From the human T2T-CHM13v2.0 reference genome, Homo sapiens, in assembly GCF_009914755.1 (NCBI RefSeq), contig NC_060947.1: DNA of 64,000 nt. The stretch is one strand, 5' to 3'. Position numbers and translations under genes: made by a program. The stretch's first letter is position 1. Every line of letters begins with the position of its first letter. Under the pieces are notes generated by a model. It searched no databases. It was not told the DNA's origin and saw only the letters and a program-made list of their open reading frames with translations. Positions 52,676-64,000 of this stretch are shown here, one piece after another.

Positions 52676-54895
52676 TGATACAGTTTTTGTCCCCTCCAAA
52701 TCTCATGTTGAAATGTGATCCCTAATGTTGAAGGTGGAGCCTAGTGGGAAGTGTTTGGGACTTGGGTGGGGATCCTTCATGAATGGCTTGATACCCTTCT
52801 TGTGGTAATAAGTTCTCACTCTATTATTTCATGCAAAAGCTAGTTGTTTAAAGGAGCTTGGCATCTCTCTTATCCCCTCTCTTGCCATGTGACATTCTGC
52901 TTCCCTTCACCTTCTGCCATGATTGTAAACTTCCTGAGGCCCTCACCAGAAGCAGGTGCTAGCACCATGCTTCCTGTACAGCCTGCAGATCCATGAGCCA
53001 AATAAACCTCTTTTCATTATAAATTATCCAACCTCAGGTCTTTCTTTATAGCAATGCAAACGTGATTAACACAGAAAATTGGTACTAAGAAATGGGGCAT
53101 TGCTATAAAAATACCCAAAAATGTGGAAACAGCTTTGGGACTGGGTAATGGCAAAAGTTGGAAGAGTTTGGAGGTCTCAGAGGAAGACAGGATGATGAGG
53201 GGAAATTTGAAACTTCTTAGAGACTGGTTAAGTGTTCATGAACACAGCGCCAATAGAAATATGGACAACAAAGGCCAGGCTGACAAGGTCTCATATGGAA
53301 ATGATCTTATTGGGCACTGGAGCAAAGGTCATCTTTGTTACGGCTTAGCAAAGAACTTTGCTGCATTGTGCTCATGTCCCAGGGCTTGGCAGAAGGTTGA
53401 ACTTAAAAGTGATCACTTAGGGTCTCACTAAGTCAGAGGAAAATTAATAAGCAGAGAAGCATTCAAGAGTTGGAATGGCTGCTTTTAACAACCTATGATC
53501 AGATACAGGAGCAAAGGAACGACTTAAAGTTGTACATTAGTCTGTTCTCACACTGCTATGAAGAACTACCTGAGACTGGGTGATTTATTTAAAAAAAAAG
53601 AAGAAGTTTAATTGACTCATGGTTCCACAGGCTGTACAGGAAGCATGGCTGGGGAGGCCTCAGGAAACCCTCACTCATGGCAGAAGAAGCAGCAGGCATG
53701 TCTTACATGATCAGAGAAGGAGGAAGAGAGCAAAGCAGGAGGTGTTACACACTTTTAAACAACCAGATGTTGTGAGATCTCACTATCACGAGAACAGCAG
53801 GGGGGAAATCCACCCCCATGGTCCAATCTCCTCCCACCAAGCCACTCCACCAGCACTGGGGATTACAATTCGACTTGAGATTTAGGTAGGGACACAAATC
53901 CAAACCATATCAAGTTGGAACTTATATTTAAAAAGGAATCAGAGTGTAAAAATTGAGAAAATTTGCATGCTGGCCACAGGTAGAGAAGGAAACATCATTT
54001 TCAGGAAAGGAATTCTAGAGACTTGTGTAGCAACCACTTATTAGAGAGACTAACATGAATAAATGGGAGCCAAGTACTAATATCTAAGACAAAGTGGAAA
54101 AGCCCTCAAAAACATTTTAGAAATCTTTCAGGCTTCTCCTCCCATCAGAGGTTCAGAGGCCTTGTAGGAAAGAATGGTTTTGAAGGTGAGGCCCCAGGAT
54201 GCCACTGTCCTGAGCCACCTCTGGAGGTTGCTCCCTGCATCCCTGCTGCCCCAGCTCTAGCTATGGCTCAAGGGGCCCCAGGTACAGATCAGGCTGCTGT
54301 TTTGGAGGGTGCAACCCATCGTCCTTGTCAGTTTCCACATAGTGGTAAGTCTGTAGGTGCAGAGAATGCAAGAGTGAAGGAGGTTTGGCAGCTTCCACAT
54401 GGATTTCAGAGTATGTATGGGAAAGCCTGGGTGCTCAGGCAGAAGCCTGCTACATTAGCAGAGCCCTTGCAGAGAGGCTGTACTAGGGTAGCGCAAGGGG
54501 GAAATGTGGGCTTGGGGCCCCCACACGGAGTCACCACTGGGGCACTGCCTAATGGAGCAGTGGAAGAGGGGTTACTGTCCTCCAGATCCAAAAATAGTAG
54601 AGTCAGTGGCAGCATGCACCCTCAGTCTGGAAAAGCTGTAGGCACTCAACTCCAGCCCATCAAAGCAGCCATGAGGGATGCACCCTGCAAATCCACAGGG
54701 GTGGCGATGCCTAAGGCCCTGAAAACACACACTTTGTACCACTGCCCTGGATGAAGAACATGGAGCCAAGAATTATTTTGGAGGTTTAAGGTTTAATTAC
54801 TGCCCTGCTGGGTTTCAGACTTATGTCTGGCCTGTAGCCCCTTTCTTTCAGCTAATTTCTTCAGCAAAATAAGATGGGAATGGGAATTTATCAAA
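52676..54895 (+). mobile_element. MSTB-type provirus: 5' LTR 52676-53073 and internal region; no 3' LTR seen
   Basis: LTR followed by 'gaaaattggtact'; MaLR-internal ORF pieces 'ETALGLGNGKSWKSLEVSEEDR' homologous to the THE1 internal region. Confidence 0.88.
53533..53912 (-). mobile_element. MSTA solo LTR nested in the MSTB internal region, TSD AGTTG
   Basis: 'attagtctgttctcacactgct...caaatccaaaccatatca'; AGTTG at 53528-53532 and 53913-53917. Confidence 0.9.
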
Positions 54896-55104
54896 ATTCC
54901 TAAAACTTTACAAAACGCCAGTAATTCAAAATGAAATATTTGCTTTTTCCATCTCCTCTCTTGAAACAACATGGTTGTGTATGCAAGTAAGTAATTAAAA
55001 TAAGTTGCTACCCAGATCATTGAGTGTGTCATACTGTTAATATAAGGCAAGAGATTAAGGAGAAAAGAATTAGTTCTGATGAGCAAGTTGTATAAACTCA
55101 TGTG

Positions 55105-55332
55105 TTGGACTGCCCCAATTCAGGTCCCAGTTTAGTCATTTCTTAGCTGTGTGACTTTAGGCAAGTTACTTCATTATGTCTCAATTTCCTCATTTGTAAA
55201 ACAAGGAAAATAATGGTATCTAACTTATAAAGTGAGAGAGAGGATTAAATGATGGAATTTATGTAAAGCACTTAGTACAGTGCCTGGCATACAGTATAAA
55301 TGCAATAAATGGTAGACATTACTATTATTATT
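55105..55332 (+). mobile_element. MIR
   Basis: 'ttagctgtgtgactttaggcaagttactt...tcaatttcctcatttgtaaa...gtaaagcacttagtacagtgcctggca'. Confidence 0.85.
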
Positions 55333-55774
55333 TCCTGCAGGAGACACCTCACCATAAGCAAATAATTACTCATGTCGTAAGAGTTTTTACGACTCTTGCC
55401 GCTCTTTTGGCCCATGGCTGTTCACATTGAGGCTTAACTTGGAAAGGGAGGCCCATTTTAACTCTGCAATTCGACCTTCCCTGGTGTTAGCCCAATGACA
55501 GTGATGGCATTTTATACTTATGGAATAGCTATTTGTGTCAGTTTCAGTCTTCTTGATAGATTCCAACTGCTGCTTGGAACATATGTTGTTGTGGGTATTA
55601 CAACAGGAAACCAGCAAGATCTATTTTGACACAAAGGTTAGGGAGCAGTGTGACTTTTTATCTGGCAATATAGTAATATTTTACCTTAACATTTTTACTT
55701 CTCTTATTGCCATAATATGTGAATAGTTCCATATAGATATAATGGAGTAGGGAAATAATTGTATAAATAGCTCT

Positions 55775-57200
55775 AAATCAAATCAACACATATTTACAAA
55801 ACCTGTACTATACTAGGTACTGTTGAGAATACATACGTGTATAAGACATGGCCCTTTCCCCTAGGGAACTGATGATCTGGTTAAAGAGAGAATAAATATA
55901 TGTATGCATAGAAATGTTATGTAACAAATACTGAAGTCTCAGTGTCAGTTGCAAAAATATAAACCATTCTAGCACAGAAGGAACACTTTTATCAGCCCTT
56001 AATGGAACTATGTGGCTAGAGGAGAGAAGGGGAAGTAATATTCAAGTACGGAGATATATAAGAATATACATATGAGCAAATAGGAAGTATAAGTTTAGCT
56101 GGATCTGGGATTTTCTTTGGGAGATATCTGGAATCTAAATCACAAATAGGTCTTAAGGGTAAGATTGTGAAGAACTTTGCAAGTCACAATAAGGAATGTG
56201 AATTTTGTTTCTATAACTGAAAGCCACTGAAGGCTTTGGAGAAAAAGATGAATAGGAGGAAAGTGAAAATTTAAGGAAAAAATGACTGGAACTCTGTTTG
56301 TAGGAAGAAAAGGCAAGAATCAGGCTTACCAGTGTGGACATTATAAAAGGAATCTGAGGCTAATCGATGAGAAGAAGAACAACAAGGTTGCAATGGAAGA
56401 ATTAATAAGACGTCCTGACTGATTGGATGAGGGTGCCAAAGAAAACTATAAGACAAAATTCCTGATTATTTTCGAAGCTTGGAAACTCTTAAGAAGTTGC
56501 AAACAACTGTAGGAGTTAGAAAGTTTGAGCTGTTTTCAGTTTGTTTTGTTTATGAGTTTTCTCTTGTTTTTTGGAGGTCAAAAGTTGACTCGAAGTTATA
56601 TTAGTTAGAGGCAATAATGTGTAGATAGAGTTCATGAAAAAGTAGAACTTAGAATTTGGAGAGTTATCCTTAAACGTAAGTATAATGGAACTAAGCAAGG
56701 AAGAAGAGTCTACAGATGAAGACCAAACCTGGAGTAGTATCCACATCTTAAAGAAGCTGGCAGAGGAGACAGCCATTGTCAGTTATCTTCTGTGGGTTAA
56801 AAAATGTGGGTTAGGAATATTCTCAGCCAATTTACCATTTCTTCCTGATTACCATGAAGCCCAAAATTCATTTGGTGCAAAAACAGAATAATTGACCAAA
56901 TACATCCCCCTCTTTCCTAATGATTTCAGATTTCTTTTTTAGTTTTATTTTATTCCCCCTTCTTTTACTTATGCCTCTATATTTTAAGTCGATACAAACC
57001 TTTTATGATGATAGGCAGGATATAAATAACAGACCAAGAAAGACAGATGTCATAAAACCATGAGACGAGACAATTCAAAGAAGGTGGATTTATCTAACAG
57101 TTTCAAATGCTGTAGGAATACAGAGTAAGCACTGAAAGGCAGCCTTGTAGTTGGCAATTAGGAAACTGTGTGACTTCAGCAATAAATAAAATGTCGGAAA
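55775..57200 (-). mobile_element. Fragmented L2
   Basis: 'tcaacacatatttac...catggccctttcccctagggaactgatgatctgg' and 'aagccactgaaggcttt'. Confidence 0.6.
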
Positions 57201-57844
57201 AATTTAGGGTTGGGATGGCATTGCCAAAGGAGAAGGGCAAAGCTTGTGCTAGGGAATAAAAAATTGGAATAAAACATTATACAAAATACCACAAATAAAA
57301 ATATTTTGAGATTTCTACCTTAAAAATCAGGTTTTTATAACATCAAATACTCTCATTATCTTCCAGTACCATGAAGCAGGTATCTGGCTCCCTAGCTGCA
57401 TTTGTGGCAAGGTATCCTATGAGGAAAGATTGAGAACTGGAGACACAGGAGGATAACCAACCTTTTCTATCTGCTGCATATGTTCTCAAGATAGGCCAAA
57501 CAGGAAAGCTGGCAGTCACATACGGGGAAGACGCAAATGCACAGGTGGAAGCCTATCTAGAGGGAACGTGCATAGTTCTTCCAAACACTACTGACAGCAG
57601 CTTAACTGGAAACAGAGAATGGTATTAAAAACATAGGACTATACACGATAAATTGAACAACAAATCTTATTTTGTTTGTGCTTCAGTAATAATCATCAAA
57701 CTTTTGATTATTTGTCCTTGGAATATCTGCACTTGTCAATTATTTCTTCCCAAGGACCTGTTTCAGTTCATCCTTTTCTTGAGTCCTCCCCTGATAATGA
57801 TAACAATGACTCCCAACAACTCTATGATGATCACTGCCAACAAT

Positions 57845-58030
57845 AATAATATTTACTGAGTACCTACTGTGTGCCAGATACCCTCAAAGTCACTACTTTT
57901 TTCCATTTTCATAACAAGCTCTTGAGGTTAGTACTATTTTTTCAATCCTGATGATAGAAATAGTGACATTCAGATGGGTGAACCACTTTGGAGCACAGCC
58001 ACATTTACAACCCAGTTCTGTCTTTGACTT
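57845..58030 (-). mobile_element. MIR
   Basis: 'atttactgagtacctactgtgtgccag...ttgaggttagtactatt'. Confidence 0.6.
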
Positions 58031-58199
58031 AAATCTGTTATATCACAATGAATCTCTTCTTCCAGAAGTCCTACAGTAAAACAGCTAGGTTTACACTGGC
58101 AATTGATTGTGTCTATCTCGTTCACTGTTGTGCTCTGAGTACAGAATCTAGTTTAACTGAGGTTTACTCTTTCAAGTGTGTTTATTTTCCTTAACTCAA

Positions 58200-59070
58200 T
58201 TGTAAGTTTTTGCATTTCTTAAACTCCCTTCCCTTATTTATTTTAAAGACATTATCCTCTGAATTGTTTATACTCTTCCCCATATTTCTGTAGTTCATAC
58301 TCCCCCATTCATCTCTATACCCACACGAACATATCTTTTCTATACATACAACACCTCTGCCATTCTGCACTCTGATATGTACTTCATGTCCCTGAGATTA
58401 GTTCACTTATGCATTTTCAGTCTCCTGGAGACCCTTTGATCCTGAGATTCGTCTCCTCTGTTTCCCTGGGTAAGCTAGTGTGATACCTTCATGGATTGTT
58501 CTCTTTTTGCCTGCCCTTAAAGTATTCATTTTCCAGGGTTTTATCTTGTTCTCACTACACCCTTTCTTGGGGCAGATTATTTTCTCTCATGGAGTCAGTG
58601 GCCATAATAAGCTGATGTCTCTCAAATCTACAGGTCTGGCATCAATAACTTACCTTTAGCTCCAAATTCTATTTGCCAAATCATTACTAGAAATTTCAAC
58701 TTGTACATCTTGCAAGACTTCAAAGTAAATATATTACAAACTGAATTCATTAGCTTCCTCTACCATACTTGATCTGTTTCCTAGTTTTTCTAGTTCAGTG
58801 GATAAATTAACATCAACCCATTTGGCCAGGCCCAAATCTCACCTTCTCACTTCAATAAGATCTGGAACCTGCCTTCTTTCTAGCGTTATTGTTCTCTGAT
58901 CACTCAGTACCACTTGATATTTATGTATTCATCCATAGGAGCATTTATCTATTCAACAAGTATCAACCGAATGCCTATTATATACCAGGCACTGCATCCA
59001 AATTGTATTACATTTTCCACCTTTTGATGCCTTTGTACATGCTTCATTTTATACCTGAAGTGCCCTTCAA
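58200..59070 (+). mobile_element. Diverged L2
   Basis: 'gctgatgtctctcaaatcta' and 'acttcaaagtaaatatattacaaactgaattcat'. Confidence 0.5.
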
Positions 59071-59539
59071 GGTGTAGAGAAACGGAGAATAGTGATTCTA
59101 TTTCAAAAATATGGAGGTTTTGAAGAGAGTCGGTTTAGAAGTGAGTTCAGGTGATATCTTCCATTTGGAATACAATGAATTTGATGTCTGAAATATCCTA
59201 AGACGTGATATCCTGCTGCTACTACATGACTCAGTTTTTACCAAAATAATTGAACCACCTTCTGTTTAGTTAAGATATTTCAGCCATCTCATCAACTACA
59301 TGAGATGAATTCTGAATCCACAAAATGGAGATGTATCATAAATATTTGGCTTATATTCATTTTTACTTATCTCCTGTCATAAAAATTATTTCTAGTATTG
59401 AAAATACGATTATAAATATCTGCATAATTGTTGTAATAAGTATGTCATTGTTTTGTGTGCCAACACAGAATAGAAATAGTCGAAGAAGTGCCACGACTCT
59501 TGCTCTTATGGAATTTGTATCTGAAATTTTAAAGTTTGC

Positions 59540-59725
59540 ATAGGGGAACTATTCTGGGTCACTGAACTCCTGGAGAATCTTATAAAAGTTATGGTTCTCC
59601 CTTTAAAAAAATTCACATTTCTATACAAACAAAATTGTAAACATAAATTTGAGGGAGATTTTGAGAACCCTGAAGTATATATATTGACTTTTTGACAGTC
59701 CATGGCCCTGAATTTGTCAACCTTA
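59540..59725. mobile_element. Possible hAT-Charlie MER-type MITE remnant (family not assigned)
   Basis: 'ctcctggagaatcttataaaagttatgg...aaattcacat...aaatttgagggag'. Confidence 0.35.
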
Positions 59726-60804
59726 GGGAAGGGAAGTTAAATAATTCTATGTACCACCCAAAAAACCTTTGTAAGATTTTTCCCTTCCCGTAAAATAGCA
59801 TATGACCCACTTTGAAAAGTGATTTTGATAATTTGAGGTAATGTATATAAAGTATTTCTTATGCTGTTGTTCATATAGCAATTTATATACCTCACACCCT
59901 TCAAACCTCTGGGGCTGCATCGTAACGCCTTCAAATGTCAATCTTAACTAAAGGATACTTATAATTATGCACTGTGTAAACTGCATAAGAACCGCATATT
60001 TTTAATAAATATATTTTTAAATTATACAACCAGTTCCTTCAAGAGAACAATCCTGGAAAAGATAAGTTACTTGTCGTCTGACGCAAACATAATTTTAACT
60101 ATTTAGAACATCTCTTTACATATTGACTTCTTAAAATAATAAATCCCAAGTTTATTTATATTTTTCAGGTACACTGCGATGACAATACACACAAGATTAA
60201 TTTTAATTTTGAAATGTATCCTTAAATATTACTTAGATTTACTTACAGAAACTTATTCTTTGTTCTATTTAAAAATATACCTTCACATGACATTGCGTAG
60301 TCGACTTTGTAAACTTAGAAACAACTTCTGGACAAAACAATTCAATAAGGGCCTGACCTGCTAACAAAAACATTGGTTTCCTTTTTTCCTCCACTGTAAG
60401 AGTCAGGAAAGCTTATCAAGTTATCTAAATGTAGTAACATAAATGACAACAGTAAATATCACAATTATCTTTGAAGAACCTTCACATGTTTCCCTGTAAG
60501 GGAACAATATAGGGAAAGCTAGTGTCTTTTTGTCAAGGCCTAGGAACATCATGAAACTGCCTGATTCAGAGGAAACATATGTCCTTTAGTGCTGAGGCAA
60601 ACATAATATATTAATGACAGATTTTTACTTTGAATTTTCAGGGATTTTACAGTCCCAGTTAAAATAATATCTTGTTTATTCCATTCTCAATCTATCAGAA
60701 TGTGTTATAAAACCATACATTTGATTTTCAGAAGATTATGTCTCACATTCAAATATTTCTCAGTTTTGTGTTGCGTGTATTTAAATTTATCTTAACTAGT
60801 TAAC

Positions 60805-60828
60805 GTGTGTGTGTGTGTGTGTGTGTGT
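60805..60828. repeat. (GT)12 microsatellite
   Basis: Read directly from the sequence. Confidence 0.95.
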
Positions 60829-61438
60829 CTGTCTGTTTATAAGAAGAATTTTTTGGTGGCCGTATTGCATTTTATTATCAGCATGAAAATATAATATCTA
60901 TGCCATGTATTCTCTGTAAAATACCAACAGTGAAATCTTTTTAACATTAAATGTAGATGGTGAGAACCCAGTGGTGGCGTCCGAATTTTTTACTATGTAG
61001 CCAGGAGCTCAAGGCATCTAAAATTAGCCATTTTGAATAGCAAAATAGTTAACTCTAGTAGACTTAGTATAAGCTCAGGGAATTATTTAAACCTCTTTTT
61101 TTCTCTCCCTCAGAAATAGATTCATCTTCTTTCTCAGTTATTGGAGATTAGAAATATAAATAGTGACGCTATCGCATTGTAGATTTCTCAGAACTATATT
61201 ATGCCAGTATTCTTGGTGAAACTCCTACTCATTTGTGACAAATGACTTGTTTAATGTATTTATAAATTTTATTTGCATAACTGGTGTATCCCTAAGGTCA
61301 CATTTGATAATATTTGAAACGAGGTCTGTTATAACCCACACTTTGTTGACTCATCCAACCTACTACTACAGCATTTCCAGCTCACTGCAATATCTCTTCC
61401 CACTAATTGCGTGCTTCCCCAAAGGTTGCACGTTTTTT

Positions 61439-61737
61439 TGTTTGCTTGTTTTGTTTTTGCTTTTGTTTTGAGACAGAGTCTCGTACTGTCGCCCAGGCTG
61501 GTGTGCAGTGGTCACTGCAACCTCCGCCACCCATGTTCAAGCAATTCTCCTGCCTCAGCCTCCCGAGTAGCTAGGATTATAGGCACCTGCCACCACACCC
61601 GGCTAATTTTTTGTATTTTTAGTAGAGACGGGGTTCCACTACGTTGGCCAGGCTGCCTTGAACTCCTGACCTTGTGATCCGCCCGCCTCGGCCTCCCAAA
61701 GTGCTAGGATTACAGGCATGAGCCACCACGCCTGGCC
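61439..61737 (-). mobile_element. AluS (Sc/Sg-like) with a deletion of about 12 bp in the right arm; TSD ACGTTTTTT
   Basis: 'gcagtgg^tcactgcaacc' and 'ctgaccttgtgatcc'; TSD at 61430-61438 and 61738-61746. Confidence 0.92.
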
Positions 61738-62129
61738 ACGTTTTTTCAAAGACTATCATTTTTTCTAAGACTATTGCCATAGACCTTGCTTAGTTCTGAA
61801 ATCCCAATGTTCAGTTTTAAATATACATGTAAATATCTTTCTATAGGGTACACACTTATAGCTAGGTATTTTAGGATTCTCTCAAAGCCTGATGTCCCTA
61901 TAATTGACTCAGACTTCCCACAGAGAATCTCTGGGCCATCAAAATGAGATAGAGTCAATCTTTCTCATCACTATGATCCATAGCAATATACCAGCAGTAT
62001 GTGAAGGTTTGGTATAAATTAAGTACCAAAATAAATGTCACATTAATAATAGGAATGATAACCAGCATTTATTGGCTTTTTTTCTATGTGCCAAATAAGG
62101 AAAAGAACACACAGAAAGATTAGACAGTA

Positions 62130-62565
62130 TCTGTGGTTGGTTTTTTTGGAAGCAGTGCTTGAAACAGGGATTCAGGTGGCAAAACCTGTATGAGAGGGAT
62201 GATGGGAAAGAGCAGAGGAAGTATGTGGTCTCAGGTAAAGTTCAGCTTTGGTTTGATCCATGTGGCACTGGGGACAGCATAGGCTCTGCAGCATAAGTCA
62301 AACTATAGAGTTATTTTGCCTCGTGACAAGAGGCCCACAAGGCTTTTGTAGCCCATTCACCCTAACTCTTGGTTAACTTGCCACCCTCAGAGGTGGAAGG
62401 TTAACCTCCCAGGCATCTCTTGGTCAGATATACTTTATCAGCCAAGAGGATTCTCATGAGAAGTTTGAATGTGTAAGTCATTTATCCCAGCTCTCACAAG
62501 GCTCAGGGACAGGGAAGCTGTCCTGTTAAGGGAAGCTGACTAGGATACTGCCAGTGTGCATTACA
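62130..62565 (-). mobile_element. Ancient ERVL-class LTR remnant (LTR16/33/40-like)
   Basis: 'ggaagcagtgcttgaaacagggattcagg'. Confidence 0.35.
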
Positions 62566-62577
62566 GGTAAAATTATC

Positions 62578-62961
62578 TGTTGTGGGTTGAATTGTGTCCC
62601 CCTCCACCCCCTATTATTCATGTTTTAGTCCTACCCCTAGTACCAAAATGTGACCCTATTTGGAGATAGGGTAATCACCGAGGTAATTTAGTTAAAATGA
62701 GGTCACTAGAGTAGGCTCTAATGAAACACGGAAAAGCTTGAATTTGAATACAGACATGAAGACACGGGGAGAAGACAGCCATCTACATGCCAAGGAGAGA
62801 GGACTGGAACAGGAACTCCCCTCCCAGCCCTCAGAAAGACCGACCCCACTGACATCTTGGTTTTGAACTTTTGGCTGCCAGAACTATGAGAAAATAAATT
62901 TTTGTTGTTTAAGCCACCCAGTCCGTGGTACCTTGTATGGCAATCCTAGAAAACTAATATA
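62578..62961 (+). mobile_element. MLT1B-like LTR
   Basis: 'tgttgtgggttgaattgtgtccc...gagaagacagccatctacatgccaaggagagagg...aaactaatata'. Confidence 0.85.
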
Positions 62962-63299
62962 TTGCCTGGCACTAAGTGGCAGAAATGAGGATTAGAACCC
63001 TTAGTGTGCTGAAATACTCATTCTGAGACAAAGAGAATCTGTATACTTAAAGCTGTATCCCAGTACACAGTAGAGAGGAGTCGAGGGGCAGGGACCTAAC
63101 AGTGATGCTTTAGTGAAAAACATCTGAACTGCAAGTCCTTCACAGCCTGACACAACACTGCTCTCAACCAAACACCAATCTTCCATCAGTCCCCACTCTT
63201 TCCATCATCCTCCAGTCCCTGCCTGGGGCTCTCAAGTCCCAGAGTATATTGGCCTCTGGCCTTCTCTCATTCAATCTCTTTTCTTCAGGAGCTTAGTTA

Positions 63300-63680
63300 G
63301 CCTAACATACTTTTTCCAGCCTCTTCTCTCCCTGCCTTCTGAGTTCATGCATATCCTGACCACTTGCAACTCTCTGATGTGCCATGGCCATCTGACTCCT
63401 GGGCTTTTACCCATACAAACGCTGTGGCTTACAGCAGTGCTCCCAGCTGCCCCTAATAGCAATGTCAAGTGCTGCAGAGCCCATTCATCTGTGATGGCCT
63501 GAAGCAACCACAGATCCAATGTTGTTTTCTGCCCAGTAACCTACACTTATCCTTTAAGACAAGTCAGAGGTCTTCTCTACTCTCTTTTTCTACAATGCCC
63601 CCAAGCAAAGTGAGTCTCTCCCATTTATATTTGTATTATGTAATTCTTTTCCCATGGCACATTGATACATCAATTCAGTC
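63300..63680 (+). mobile_element. L2 fragment
   Basis: 'actcctgggcttttacccat' and 'acttatcctttaagacaagtcagaggtcttct'. Confidence 0.45.
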
Positions 63681-63689
63681 AGGTTTCAG

Positions 63690-63975
63690 ATTTACACAAA
63701 AGTCGGGTTCAAATATTAGATCTGCTATGTACATGTAATATATATATACGCATATATATATGTGTATATATATGCGTATATATATAAACTTTATATTTTT
63801 AATTTGGCAAGTTTCTTAACTCCTGTAAGCCTCAATTTTCTTGACTACAAAATTGGGATAATGAGAGTTGCCACCCTATATGGTTGACTGAGGAACGAAA
63901 TACGAGTAAAGTTTTAAAACAATACTTGGCACACAGGTAGTATTCAATAAATGGTTCCTAATATCATTATTACTT
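63690..63975 (+). mobile_element. MIR interrupted by a TA-rich palindrome
   Basis: 'gggttcaaat...ggcaagtttcttaactcctgtaagcctcaattttc...acttggcacacaggtagtattcaataaatgg'. Confidence 0.8.
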
Positions 63976-64000
63976 TTTAAGCTTAATTTTTGCATTCAAG

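Noticed and set aside
54263-54754. 163-aa ORF similar to the ORFs at 24036-24695
   Set aside because: Both are MaLR internal sequence (MST and THE1); the similarity reflects shared retroelement ancestry, not paralogous genes.
60792-60803. 12-bp palindrome TTAACTAGTTAA beside the GT repeat
   Set aside because: Several 6-bp-arm palindromes are expected by chance in 64 kb of AT-rich DNA.

Overview
AT-rich, repeat-dominated primate genomic DNA; the AluY copies point to a catarrhine, probably human or ape. It looks intronic or intergenic. I see no recognisable intact protein-coding gene, RNA gene, CpG island or prokaryotic-type system. Almost every listed ORF is a decayed piece of LINE-1, MaLR/ERVL, Alu or L2, or a chance ORF. 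The window is a nested mosaic: a near full-length L1PB (32.2-40.4 kb), older L1M elements, a complete THE1 MaLR provirus with target-site duplication (TSD), MST/MLT1/MLT2 LTRs, an ERVL internal remnant, Alus, L2, MIR and a few hAT-type MITEs. The best non-checklist signals are: (1) a probable ancient L1PB 3' transduction of about 1.6 kb, bracketed by a 16-bp TSD; (2) several short inverted, templated duplications and perfect palindromes (10.5, 15.4-17.8, 33.5, 38.6, 63.7 kb); (3) a three-arm AluY inside an AluJ; (4) weak candidate minus-strand exons in the unique islands. Repeat subfamily names are by-eye recognition and were not computed.
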